DNA from: a candidate division WOR-3 bacterium | Lineage (GTDB): Bacteria; Hydrothermota; Tepidihabitantia; Tepidihabitantales; Tepidihabitantaceae | Assembly: GCA_965649295.1 (NCBI GenBank) | Contig: CBFGKH010000004.1 | Coordinates: 86,158 to 150,157, forward strand | DNA: 64,000 nt | Direction: 5' to 3' | Shown here: positions 45,957 through 56,600 of the stretch, one piece after another | How positions within the stretch are numbered: the first letter of the stretch is position 1 | Layout of the letters: every line of letters begins with the position of its first letter | Notes under the pieces: model-generated | What the model was told of the DNA's origin: nothing | The model's input: the letters and a program-made list of their open reading frames with translations, nothing else | The model's database searches: none | Position numbers and translations under genes: made by a program

Positions 45957-47255
45957 TCAATCAGGTACAAGCCGACCCTCAAGGTCATGAGTGGTACTAC
46001 CGGTAATTAGCACCCGCCGAAACTGTCCCGGACAGAGGCATGGGCCCTCAATCCGAACAACCCCGTCAATCTCCGGCGCATCCCACTCGGTCCGCCCCCT
46101 CCCGGGTTTGTCAATGAGGACGGTCAGCTCTTGCCCGCGGTACTCTCGCAACCGCGACCGCGAGATAGCTGCCTGTGTTCTCATCAATTCTCGCACCCGT
46201 CGGCGCTTCACCGCTGGGGCTACAGTCGGACCGAATCGCGCCGCCCTGGTCTCCGGCTCCGACGAATAAGCATACGTTGCAACCCGATTGAGCCTGGCAC
46301 CACGTAGAAAATCGAGCAGCTCGCGAAACTCAGCCTCAGTTTCACCCGGAAACCCAACAATCAGCGTTGTGCGGACGGCAATCTCGGGAATCTTTCGCAA
46401 ACGCGCTAGCAGTGCATCAATATCCTTGCGCCGGTAGCGCCGGTTCATCCGCGCTAGAACGCGCGTGGCAACGTGCTGAATGGGCATATCAATGTACCGA
46501 CAGAGCTTCGGATTCTCGCCAAACTCAGCAATTACATCATCGGTGACATGAGTCGGATGCGTGTACATCAACCGCAACCAGCGAATCTCGTCAATCCCCG
46601 CCAGCCTGCGGAGCAATGGTGCCAGTTGCGGCCGATCGCTGCGATCAAGTCCATAAGCAGTCGTGTCCTGAGCCACGAGCACGAGTTCTTTCACGCCAGC
46701 TCGGGCCAGCGCTCGAGCCTCAGCCAGGATGTCATCAACCGGCCGCGACCGCAACGGTCCACGAATCAGCGGAATCGTACAGTAGCTGCAATAGTTGCTG
46801 CAGCCGTCAGCGATTCGCAGGTAGGCAAGATGCGGCGGCGTGGCCAAGATACGACAGGTCGGCCCTCTCTGCGGCCGACGTCCCAGTAACTCGGGGATAC
46901 GAGCTACATCTGACAGCCCGACCCAATAGTCCACCTCTGGATAGCGGGTCGAGAACTCCTGGCCCAGTCGCTGGACAAGACAGCCAAAAACCACGACCTT
47001 CATCTCTGGCCGACTTCGTTTCAGCCGCAGGACACGCAAGATGACAGCTTCTGACTCACGAACTGCCGACTGCAGAAACGCGCAGGTAGTAATGATGATA
47101 GCGTCAGCCCGGGCCGGTTCAGTCGTTAGCTCGTAGCCAGCTCGCACCAGCGCGCCAAGCAGATATTCGGCGTCAACCTGATTCTTCGGACAGCCGAGCA
47201 GAATGACCGCGGCCAGCGGACGTTGGCCGAAACGGTTTGGTGTTCGGGTCGGCAC
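45957..47255 (-). CDS. rimO: ribosomal protein S12 methylthiotransferase
   Basis: LGCPKN.VD.E, TCAF, AYLRIADGC...CSYC.IP, AQDTT.YG, Y.DMPIQH and DAPEIDG. Confidence 0.95.
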   Translation of the reverse strand: MPTRTPNRFGQRPLAAVILLGCPKNQVDAEYLLGALVRAGYELTTEPARADAIIITTCAFLQSAVRESEAVILRVLRLKRSRPEMKVVVFGCLVQRLGQEFSTRYPEVDYWVGLSDVARIPELLGRRPQRGPTCRILATPPHLAYLRIADGCSNYCSYCTIPLIRGPLRSRPVDDILAEARALARAGVKELVLVAQDTTAYGLDRSDRPQLAPLLRRLAGIDEIRWLRLMYTHPTHVTDDVIAEFGENPKLCRYIDMPIQHVATRVLARMNRRYRRKDIDALLARLRKIPEIAVRTTLIVGFPGETEAEFRELLDFLRGARLNRVATYAYSSEPETRAARFGPTVAPAVKRRRVRELMRTQAAISRSRLREYRGQELTVLIDKPGRGRTEWDAPEIDGVVRIEGPCLCPGQFRRVLITGSTTHDLEGRLVPD

Positions 47256-47266
47256 GCGGGCCGCGC

Positions 47267-47662
47267 TCAGGCTTTCATCATTTTGCCGGTCGCCTCAGCA
47301 ATCACGCGACCGGCAGCATCGGCAAGTGAGCTTTGGGCAATCAGCAACCGGCCCCGCTCCTCCACCACCCGGCCGGTGCCGTGAAACCGCTGGTCAACAT
47401 GGAGGGGCTGACGCCAACGCACCTGCAGCTCGGCAGTGACAACATCAAACCCCGCCACCGTGCCAGCCCAGGCACAGAGCTCGTCAAGAATCGTCGCGAC
47501 GATACCGCCGTGGACAATTCCCTGCCAGCCCTGAAACCGTGACGGGACTGCCCAATCGAGCTCGACATGATCGCCGGCCTGCTGGATTGGTAGTTGTAGC
47601 CCGTGCGGATTTGCCTTGCCACAGGCAAAACAGCCACCCGAGTCTTTGAGTGGGGCAGCCAT
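47267..47662 (-). CDS. PaaI family thioesterase
   Basis: CFACG..NP.GL and QGW.GIVHGG....ILDE. Confidence 0.9.
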   Translation of the reverse strand: MAAPLKDSGGCFACGKANPHGLQLPIQQAGDHVELDWAVPSRFQGWQGIVHGGIVATILDELCAWAGTVAGFDVVTAELQVRWRQPLHVDQRFHGTGRVVEERGRLLIAQSSLADAAGRVIAEATGKMMKA

Positions 47663-47664
47663 CG

Positions 47665-48273
47665 TTACTCTTCGATCGTCACACCCTTGGGCGGCGTGAA
47701 CTTGAATAGCTTGTCTGACAGCCGCGGATTCCAGTTTTGCTTTGGCAACTTGAAGTGGTAGTGCATACCCCAGGCATCGGTGAATGAGAATGCCCGAATG
47801 CGGGTGGCAGTGGCATCAAGTTCAAGCCGTAGCTCGCTCATTGCTGAGAACTCATCATCAAGATGGACATCGGCCACGTAGTTGCCAGTAGAGTCCTGAT
47901 AGACAGTCGCCGTTGCCGTTGAGTCAAGCACCGGCCCAAGAAACGCCAGCACCGGCGCAAATCCGCCTGCAGGCTGTCTTATCGCTCGCTTCTCTTCTGG
48001 CAGATAAATCCAGAGACTGGCACTGTCGGAGACAAGCAACTGCCGGACCGGTTCGGTCACTTCTAGACGATAGCGACTGGGAACGCGGATGCTGAACTTA
48101 CCAACAAAGTTTTGACAGGTACCGGCAGCATCAGAGCAGAGCCGTTCTTCGAACTCTCCCGACAACGTCCGCAACGAAGTGTAGCGGCGACGCAGATTCT
48201 GCCATAGCGAATCAGTTGGTGCCGCAGCAACCACACCCACTAGCAGCAACAACAACAGACTATGTACGCGCAT
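47665..48273 (-). CDS. lolA: outer-membrane lipoprotein carrier LolA
   Basis: Signal peptide, LVSD...LWIY.PE and F.FTPPKGV; leaderless TTGACT-16-TATCTT promoter. Confidence 0.85.
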   Translation of the reverse strand: MRVHSLLLLLLVGVVAAAPTDSLWQNLRRRYTSLRTLSGEFEERLCSDAAGTCQNFVGKFSIRVPSRYRLEVTEPVRQLLVSDSASLWIYLPEEKRAIRQPAGGFAPVLAFLGPVLDSTATATVYQDSTGNYVADVHLDDEFSAMSELRLELDATATRIRAFSFTDAWGMHYHFKLPKQNWNPRLSDKLFKFTPPKGVTIEE

Positions 48274-48372
48274 GGCTGAAGATAACCGCCACCGGGCCTA
48301 AGTCAAACCAAGCCAACCAGCCAGTCTTATTCTGCATAACACCAACTACCCAAACCGAGATGTGTTCATTCC

Positions 48373-48401
48373 TTGACTAAACGACCCGACTCACGGATAA
48401 T
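48373..48401 (+). promoter_or_regulatory. sigma70 promoter preceding structured leader of TPR gene
   Basis: TTGACT-17-GATAAT. Confidence 0.6.
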
Positions 48402-48502
48402 AAATTTGGGCGCAGCGCCGCGCAGGTGCGTGCGCCCATACCAGCAGATGACCACCGGTCGAATGGAGGGCGGGCTTAGCCCGCAAGGAGCCGACGCCTA
48501 GC

Positions 48503-50203
48503 ATGGCATCGGACCATATCCGTTACGGCCTTGCCCTGAGGCAGGTCGAGTCTGAGCTAGTCCGGACACTCCGTCTCTACCCGCGTGAACTGCCACCGAC
48601 CCACTATGCGCTACTGCACGGCTGGTCATCACCGCTACGCAAAGTTGATGGCGTGCTTGTGGCCTACACCCAACAGGAGTTTGCTGAGCTGTCGCCGCTG
48701 GCGCGTGAGCTTGAGGTCCAACGCTGCTGGGCTGAAGCCGACCTAGCCCGGGCCCGTGCTGGCGACTTCGAACTCGCCGCCGAGGACAAGGAACTGCTCC
48801 TGCAACGAGCGGTCGGTATCCTGCCGACCGCCGAGGCTGACCGACTAATCGAAATCGCCAGCTGTGCCGAACTGGCCCCGCACTACCTGACCAGCAGTCC
48901 GGAACGACTGGCTGACGGCATTGCCGAGGTCGAACAGGAATTCGGGCTCGGCACCGCCCTCTGCTATGGCGGCCTGCTGATGGCCGGTGTGCGCACCAAC
49001 GATGACCTTATCAAGTATGGCAACCGCATCGAGCAGCTCTTCAATATAGTCACCAACAAGGAGCCGACTGCCTCGCTACTGCTGGAGCTGGATGGCGACA
49101 TCTCCGGCCTTGGTACGGCCGGTCGTTCAAAGCTTGTTCGCGCTCTACGCGAGAACCTCTGGCAGGTGAACTCGCGCCGTGTGGGCCGGCCCTTCCTCCT
49201 TACTCAGGTGATCGACGGCTATCTTGGCCTCCGTCACGGCGGCGTCGGCGACGACTTTGGTCTGGCCCTGCTTGATGCCATCATCCTGAGCAAACTCTCC
49301 CTGCCAGTCGGCTTCTTGCTCATCAACGGCGGCATCTATCTCGAGATCAGCATCTCTTCACGCGGCTTCGAATACTGGGACCCGCTCGCTCGACGCGGCG
49401 AGGTACGCGTAGGCAACGCACGCCGCCTGAGCACAATTGAACTGCTCACCCAAGGCTACATTCGCATGGCTCGCGGCTATGCCAACACCCGCTCCTTCCA
49501 CCATGGCAGTCGTGTTGCCCGCTGGGTGCTCGGCGTCCAGCCCCAGTGCGCTGAGGCCCACGAGATTCTCGGCCAGTGCCTCTTAGGCGAGGAGAAACCG
49601 CACGAGGCAATCAAGATGTGCGAACGCGCCCTCGAACTCGATCCCCGCCTGGCCGACGCCTGGCTCGTACAGGGCAATGCTTACAGCGCTCTCTCCCGCT
49701 GGGACAAGGCAATTGGCTGCTTCCAGCGGGCAGCTATAAATCGCGTCGGCTTTGCCGAGGCCTACAATAACCTTGGTCTTGCCTATGCCCGCAACGGCAA
49801 CCATGAACTAGCCAGCAGCGCCTACCATGAGGCGGTTCGCATCCGACCCGACTATGCCGAAGCCTGGTATAATCTCGGCAATCTCCATCTCGAACGTGCC
49901 CTGAGCTTGCCCGAGGGCCCGGACCGAGTAGCTGAGTTCGATCGGGCCATTGCTGCCTATCGCTCGGCAATCGAACGGTCACCCGACTTTGCTGGCGCCC
50001 ACTATAACCTCGGCCAAGCCTACTACGGTAAGCACGACCTGACCAATGCCCTTGCCGCCTACCAGGCAGCAGTCAAGGTCAACCCCAAGCATGCCGGGGC
50101 CTGGCATAACATGGGTATCGTTTACCGTGACCTGGGCCGACAGGACCTCGCTGTCGAGTCGCTCGAAAAGGCCGTCACCCTCAACCCGATTCTGCTGCGC
50201 TAG
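48503..50203 (+). CDS. TPR-repeat protein with degenerate SirB1/transglutaminase-like central domain
   Basis: About 7 C-terminal TPRs (AEAYNNLG, AWYNLGN, AHYNLGQAY); AAGGAG RBS. Confidence 0.85.
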   Translation: MASDHIRYGLALRQVESELVRTLRLYPRELPPTHYALLHGWSSPLRKVDGVLVAYTQQEFAELSPLARELEVQRCWAEADLARARAGDFELAAEDKELLLQRAVGILPTAEADRLIEIASCAELAPHYLTSSPERLADGIAEVEQEFGLGTALCYGGLLMAGVRTNDDLIKYGNRIEQLFNIVTNKEPTASLLLELDGDISGLGTAGRSKLVRALRENLWQVNSRRVGRPFLLTQVIDGYLGLRHGGVGDDFGLALLDAIILSKLSLPVGFLLINGGIYLEISISSRGFEYWDPLARRGEVRVGNARRLSTIELLTQGYIRMARGYANTRSFHHGSRVARWVLGVQPQCAEAHEILGQCLLGEEKPHEAIKMCERALELDPRLADAWLVQGNAYSALSRWDKAIGCFQRAAINRVGFAEAYNNLGLAYARNGNHELASSAYHEAVRIRPDYAEAWYNLGNLHLERALSLPEGPDRVAEFDRAIAAYRSAIERSPDFAGAHYNLGQAYYGKHDLTNALAAYQAAVKVNPKHAGAWHNMGIVYRDLGRQDLAVESLEKAVTLNPILLR

Positions 50204-50294
50204 TCCGGTTTCCTTTCCCCTGTTTCGACTCAGCCAGCAAGACAACTGCTCTCCCAAGCTTGACCCCTAGCACCCGTCGCCCTAGGATTCACCG

Positions 50295-51428
50295 ATGTCG
50301 GTGCTCCTCCTGCTGCTCATCGCTCACAGTCCACCAGCAGTAACCATCCTCGCAACCGGGCCGCAGGACTCAGAACTGGCACGTCTGCCCCAGACTGACG
50401 CTCTGACAGGCCTTGTCCGGCTGTTCAATCAGGCGACAAGCACGATTGACATTGCCCAGATGTACATGCTCTACTACCCACCGGAAAGTAAAGGCTGCGC
50501 CATCTATCCGCTGTACGACGCGCTCATCACTGCTGCCCAGCGCGGTATCCGGGTCAGGATTCTGCTCGACTCGACCACGCTCGAAGCCAACAGCACTCCG
50601 ACCTACCATCGGATCCGCTCGACGCTAGCTGCGGTGCCGGGCATTGCGATAAGAACCTGTGACCTACGGCCTTTCAGCCACTATCCCGGCTGTCTGATGC
50701 ACGCCAAATACACAATCATTGATGGTAGGACCGTCGTCGTTGGCTCCCACAACTGGAGCTTTGCCGGATTCTGCGACAATTTCGAACTGAGTCTAGCCAT
50801 CGAGGACCGCCGGCTCGCCCGCGAACTTGGCGAAGTCTTCGAATCCGACTGGCTCGGCCAACCGGCCCGCCAACCAACGCACTCGAGCAAACCCGACAAA
50901 GAACAGCCATCACTGGTCATCACCTCCCCAACCCAGTGGCAGGACACAAATAGGCTTTCAACCCGACTGGCGCTGCAGCAGCTATTCGCCAAAGCCAGAA
51001 CAGACCTTGCTATCATCATCAACAGCATCACCCGCCGGGTTGACTTCGGACCAGACTCAAGCTACGACTTCATCGACTCGCTACTAGCTGATGCCAACGA
51101 ACGCCAGGTGCGCACCCGACTGCTTGTTGACAAGTGGGCGCTCGAAAGAGAATCAACCCTGCTTCGGCGTCTCGACCGCCTTCCCAATATTGAAGTCCGT
51201 GTCTGCGACATCAGCAAGCTCGGCCCCAACCCAAGAACCGGCTCAGTCCACGCTAAGCTGGTCATCGCCGACACAAGCACAGTCCTGCTCGGCTCCGCCA
51301 CTTTCAGCCAGCGACAGATCGAAGAGTGCCGCAACATCGGCATCATGCTTACCGATAAGGCAGTAGCGGCCACATTGCTCAATACCTTCGAAAGCCTCTG
51401 GTACTCCGTCTTCTCTCACCGGCCCTGA
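50295..51428 (+). CDS. secreted phospholipase D family protein
   Basis: Two HKD motifs (HAKYTIID..GSHN and HAKLVIAD..GS); leaderless TTGACC-17-TAGGAT promoter. Confidence 0.9.
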   Translation: MSVLLLLLIAHSPPAVTILATGPQDSELARLPQTDALTGLVRLFNQATSTIDIAQMYMLYYPPESKGCAIYPLYDALITAAQRGIRVRILLDSTTLEANSTPTYHRIRSTLAAVPGIAIRTCDLRPFSHYPGCLMHAKYTIIDGRTVVVGSHNWSFAGFCDNFELSLAIEDRRLARELGEVFESDWLGQPARQPTHSSKPDKEQPSLVITSPTQWQDTNRLSTRLALQQLFAKARTDLAIIINSITRRVDFGPDSSYDFIDSLLADANERQVRTRLLVDKWALERESTLLRRLDRLPNIEVRVCDISKLGPNPRTGSVHAKLVIADTSTVLLGSATFSQRQIEECRNIGIMLTDKAVAATLLNTFESLWYSVFSHRP

Positions 51429-51440
51429 GAGACCAACCGA

Positions 51441-51787
51441 GGGACACATCCTGACCCCACTTCCGACCCATCGTCGAGCCCATTCATTAGCCTGCTATCC
51501 AGGACTCTGCATAACCAGTACCAAAACCAGCAGTAAGACGTACTTCCCAGTCCAACCGAGAACACCGGGACAGACCTTTCTTCAGACCTAGACCCGAGCC
51601 CTGTCCCGAGCAGGACGAGCAGCCTATCCTCCAGCCGCTGGGGAATCGGCTCCCAAGACCACTCCGGGAACAGTCCCCGGGATGGGGGTCGCGAAAACCG
51701 CTTCTTTCTATAACCAGTTGTTTCCACGCAACTTGAAGCCGGAATCCGGCAGCATTGCCTGTATACTTTCAAGTACACAGGTCACGA
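51441..51787. repeat. Intergenic element copy B: about 20 phased 12-bp units plus conserved anchor and palindrome
   Basis: AGC/GAC/AAC at 16 of 19 consecutive 12-bp positions from 51453 to 51669. TGTATACTTtcAAGTACACA at 51760-51779, followed by GGTCACGA as in copy A. Confidence 0.85.
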
Positions 51788-51961
51788 GCGCGTAGCTCTG
51801 AGGTCAGTCAATCCGGCTTAGCTTCATTGCACAGGATTGCTCCTCAGCTCGTATAACTAAGCATGCCCCCCAGCTGAGCTCGTGCCCTGTCCTCTTACGA
51901 CAGTGACCGGTTTGACTGCAACCCTGTCGGCTGTATTCTCATCTAACAGCTAAGGAGACAT

Positions 51962-52513
51962 ATGTTAGCACTAGTGATCGTGGCCGCTATTATCGGTCTG
52001 TTGCTCATAGTCGCTATCGGCATCTACAACTCGCTCGTCGTTAAGCGTAATCGCGTCCGCAATGGCTGGGCCCAAATTGACGTCCAGCTCAAACGGCGCT
52101 ACGACCTGATTCCGAACCTCGTTGAAACAGTCAAAGGCTATGCCGCACATGAAAAGGCAATCTTCGAACGCATTGCTGAAGCTCGTTCGCTGGCTATCAA
52201 TGCCCAGGGCCCGGCAGCAGCCGCGGCAGCCAACAACCAGCTTACCGAAACACTGAAGACACTCTTTGCAGTGGTTGAGAACTATCCCAACCTCAAAGCA
52301 AACGAGAACTTCGCCCGGCTCCAGGAAGAACTGGCCGGCACCGAGAATAAGATATCCTTCGCTCGTCAGTTCTACAACGACGTCGTGATGGACTACAACA
52401 ACTCGACCCAGATGTTCCCAGCCAATATTTTTGCCGGGATATTCGGATTCAAGCCGGCTGAGCAGTACACCGTGCCCGAGGCAGAACGGACCGCACCCCA
52501 GGTCAAGTTTTAG
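51962..52513 (+). CDS. lemA: LemA family protein
   Basis: [31 protein letters not shown] and ENYP.LKA; promoter TTGACT-16-TATTCT and TAAGGAG RBS. Confidence 0.96.
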   Translation: MLALVIVAAIIGLLLIVAIGIYNSLVVKRNRVRNGWAQIDVQLKRRYDLIPNLVETVKGYAAHEKAIFERIAEARSLAINAQGPAAAAAANNQLTETLKTLFAVVENYPNLKANENFARLQEELAGTENKISFARQFYNDVVMDYNNSTQMFPANIFAGIFGFKPAEQYTVPEAERTAPQVKF

Positions 52514-52622
52514 GTCAAGAAAGTCCCGGAGTACGTGTTCCAAATGCAATCTGGCATGTGCTATCGTCTGCCCCCGTGGCCCGTGGTCTCAACACCTATT
52601 CAGTCCTTTCTAGCCGCTGACC

Positions 52623-53555
52623 ATGCCTGACCGCAAGAATCTTTATCAACTCATCGGCCAGAACCGGTTCCGTACCGCGCTTTTCATTGTTGTCTTCTCG
52701 CTGTTGCTCGGGCTGGTCGGTTATGCGCTCGGCTCCTACCTGCACTGGGGAACCGAAATCTACATCCTCTTCGCTATCGGCATCATCTTCTACAACATTG
52801 TCCTCTACTACAATTCCGATAAGCTCGCCCTAGCCGTCAATCGGGCCCGCCCTGCCGACCCGCATCAGTTCTACCAGCTCCACAATGTGGTCGAAGAAGT
52901 TGCAATCGCTGCCGGCATCCCCAAACCTGCTGTCTATGTGATTGACGACGAGGCGCCCAATGCCTTTGCGACCGGTCGCAATCCCGACCATGCAGCAGTA
53001 GCTGTCACAACCGGGCTCTTGGCAATGATGAACCGTGAGGAACTGCAGGGCGTCATTGCTCATGAGCTGTCCCATATCCGTAACTATGACATCCTGTTGA
53101 TGACCATTGTTGCCATCATCGGTGGGCTAATCGTCCTGTTTCGGGACATCTTCCTGCGCTGGGGACTTTTCGGCGGCGGCTCCCGCCGCAACCGCGAGTC
53201 ACGCGGCGGCGGTCAGGTCGGGATGATTCTCGTCCTAATAGGCATCGCGCTGGCAGTTATCTCACCGCTCCTCGTCGCCCTGATTCGTACCGCCATCTCC
53301 CGCCAGCGTGAATACCTCGCTGACGCTTCTGGTGCTCTAATAGTGCGCAATCCCTACGGTCTGGCCTCTGCCCTGCGCAAGCTCGGAGCCTATCAGGGCA
53401 AGCTCCGGTCTGCTTCTGCGGCCACTGCCCACCTTTTCATCGCCAGCCCTTTTGGCAAGGACCGCGGCGGTCTAATTGACCTCTTCGCCACCCATCCACC
53501 ACTTGCCGAACGCATCCGCCGGCTCGAAGGATTGACCATTACCGAAAACGATTAG
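52623..53555 (+). CDS. htpX: zinc metalloprotease HtpX (M48)
   Basis: PNAFATGR, AHELSH, SRQREYLAD and FATHPP..ERI. Confidence 0.95.
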   Translation: MPDRKNLYQLIGQNRFRTALFIVVFSLLLGLVGYALGSYLHWGTEIYILFAIGIIFYNIVLYYNSDKLALAVNRARPADPHQFYQLHNVVEEVAIAAGIPKPAVYVIDDEAPNAFATGRNPDHAAVAVTTGLLAMMNREELQGVIAHELSHIRNYDILLMTIVAIIGGLIVLFRDIFLRWGLFGGGSRRNRESRGGGQVGMILVLIGIALAVISPLLVALIRTAISRQREYLADASGALIVRNPYGLASALRKLGAYQGKLRSASAATAHLFIASPFGKDRGGLIDLFATHPPLAERIRRLEGLTITEND

Positions 53556-53685
53556 GGCTAGGGTCGAGTGACCAACACCTCGCAGTCTGGGCAGAACCAG
53601 CCGGCAGAATAGCCGCCAAAAACACCAAACCAGCGAACGCCCGGACCGTTGCGTTAGTAGCTACATATCGTGAATCGGCGACCGC

Positions 53686-56600
53686 TTAGCGCGACCCGTT
53701 TCGCTGCGCCAGCGAACGACGGTGAGACGGCCGCTCACAGGATGGTAGCTCGCCGCGGAGCTTAATCGAATCTGGGCCGCAGAGCTGCCTCAGCTCAGCA
53801 ATCAGTTCATTGCTAAACTCTACTCGCTGATTCGGGATTCGATACTCGACCGACGTGCCGTCTGCCTTGATTACGCGAAATCGTACGATGCCTGGCCCCG
53901 GATGAGCCTCCAGCGTCTCGCGAATCTTCAGCAACAGCACCTCGTCCAAATCTTTCTCCCGGACCTCAATCAGACCGACCTTGATGTAACGGTGGCATTC
54001 TGCAAACGACATAACCCGTTCTGCCCAAATCTGCGGAATGCCGGTCTGCCCCTCACCAGCACGAACTCTGACCGTCCCCTGCACTGCCACAAGATTGTCA
54101 ACCTTCAGGGCCGACCGACAGGTTTCGAGCTGGTCAGCAAAGACCATCACCTCGATGCTGCTATCAAAGTCCTCAACAGTGATGATGACATATTCTCGCT
54201 CTCGCTTGTCCCGCTTTGAGCGGCGCTGACTGATGACACCACCGATCTTCACGCTGGTACCATCGCTCATTGACTCAACCTGTCCCAGCGGCAAGAGCCC
54301 CAGTGCCTCATATTCAGCCCGATACGGCTCAAGCGGATGCGACGAAAAATAGAAGCCAAACGCTTCCTTTTCATAGGCAAGCAACTGGTGCGTATCAAAC
54401 CGCGCCTTGACAGTCGGCGCCGTGTCAGCCACAGTCCCGAAGAGATCTACCTGACGCTCCAGAAACTGCAGTTTCTCTGATGCGGCCTTGGCCATCTCGA
54501 TTTCGAGCCTGGCAACTAGCTCCGCCCGATTCGGTTCGTACCAATCAAACGCGCCGGCCTTGATTAGCGACTCGGCCGCCTTGCGGTTGACCATGCCGCG
54601 GGTGCGAATCAGAAAATCAAGCAGGTCGCGGTACGGCCCCTTCGTCTTCCGTTCCTGAACTATGAACTCACTCGCGCCCTGGCCGAGATTCTTCACGCCA
54701 GCCAACCCAAAGCGAATCTGCTGCTCCTCAATCGCGAAAACCACATCACTGCGGTTGACATCCGGTCCGAGAACCGTAATGCCCATCCGTCTAGCCTCGT
54801 TGACGAACTTGGCCAGCTTCTTGAAATCACCAAGTTCGCTGGTCAGCGTTGCCGCCATGAACTCTACCGGATAGTTCGCCTTCAGGTAGGCGGTGATGTA
54901 CGAAAGATAGGCATAACCAGCCGCATGCGACTTGTTAAACCCGTAGCCGGCAAACTTGGCCAACAGCTCAAATATCTTCTCAGCCTGTTCGGGCGGCATC
55001 CGGCTGTGCTTGACGCAGCCTTCGACAAAACCGTCGTGCAGGGCTGCCATCTCCTCTGGCTTCTTCTTACCCATTGCCCGCCGCAGCAGGTCGGCCCGGC
55101 CCAAGGAGTAGCCAGCCAGTGCCTGGGCCGCCTGCATCACTTGCTCCTGATAGATAAGAATGCCGTAGGTCTCCCGGGCAATCGGCTCAAGCAACGGGTG
55201 ACCATACTCAATCGGTTCAGTGCCAGCCTTTCGAGCCAGATAGGACGGAATCAGGTCCATCGGACCAGGGCGATAGAGAGCAATCAACGCAATGATGTGT
55301 TCGAGTCGCTCGGGCATCATCTTGCGGCAAGTGTCCCGCATCCCGGCACTTTCAAGCTGGAACACGCCCACAGTATCGGCCCGCTGTAGCAGACCAAAAG
55401 TGCGGGCATCGTCAAGCGGCATCGTTGCAACATCAAAACGACGGCCAGCAGCATTGATTAGCTTAGTCGCCTCCTCAACGACGGTCAGTGTCCGCAGACC
55501 AAGAATGTCCATCTTCAATAGACCGACATCCTCCAGCGAATGCATGTCATACTGGGTGCAGATATCATTGTCGGCAGTCCGGTATAGCGGGACTAGTTCG
55601 ATTAGCTTACGCGGCGCAATCACTACCGCTGAAGCGTGAATCGAGGCATGCCGACTCAGCCCCTCGAGCTTGCGGGCGATGTCAAAGAGCTCACGGAACT
55701 CCGGTTTTGCCGCCACTGCATCCCTCAATTCCCCGACCGTTCGCAGTGCCGGCTCCAGCTCCAGGTTTTGCGGTATCAGCTTGGCCAATCGGTCAACATC
55801 GCTGATTGGAACGTCAAGAACGCGTCCCACATCCCGGACTGCTGCTCTTGCCTTCATCGTTCCAAAAGTGATTATCTGCGCCACTGACTCATCGCCGTAA
55901 CGCTGGCGAATGTAATCAATCACCTCCTGCCGCCGCGTATCCGAAAAGTCAATATCAACATCGGGCAAAGTGACCCGCTCAGTAGTGAGAAAACGCTCAA
56001 AGAGCAGACCGTAACGCAACGGGTCAATGTCGGTAATTCCCAGGCAGTAGAGCACGAGACAACCTGCTGCCGAACCTCGACCCGGCCCAACAGGAATTCC
56101 TCGGGAACGAGCGAAATCAACGATGTCCTTGACAATTAGGAAGTACCCCGGGAAACCCATCCGTTCAATAACCCCGAGCTCATGGGCAAGTCGTTCCTCA
56201 ATCGCCGGGGTCAGTCGGCTGTAGCGTCGCTTCAGTCCTTCCCGCGCCAAGTGCTGGAGGTAAGCATTGGCACTATCGAACTCACGCGGTGGCAAATAGC
56301 TGGGCAAGTGAAAGTGAATGTGCCGGAAGTCAAGCAGTAGGTTGCAACGGTCCGCAACCTCCCGTGTGTGCCGAACCGCCCCCGGGATGTCGGCAAAGAT
56401 TCGCTCCATCTCCTCTGGCGAACGGAAATAGAGCTGACTTGTTCCCATTCGCATCCGTCCCGGCTCATCCAACCGCTTGCCAGTCTGTATGCAGACGAGC
56501 ACATCCTGGGCCTTGGCATCCTCCGGCCGCAGATAGTGACAGTCATTTGTTGCCACCATTGGAATGTCGAGTGCCGATGACAACTCCATTATGCCAGGAA

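Noticed and set aside
51416..51778. 120-aa minus ORF MYLKVY... over element B
   Set aside because: The equivalent frame in copy A stops after 22 codons, and the conservation is at nucleotide motifs rather than amino acids.
53556..53685. ggcagaaccagcc/ggcagaatagcc duplication, possible fourth array
   Set aside because: Only two units, no sustained 12-bp phase and no anchor.
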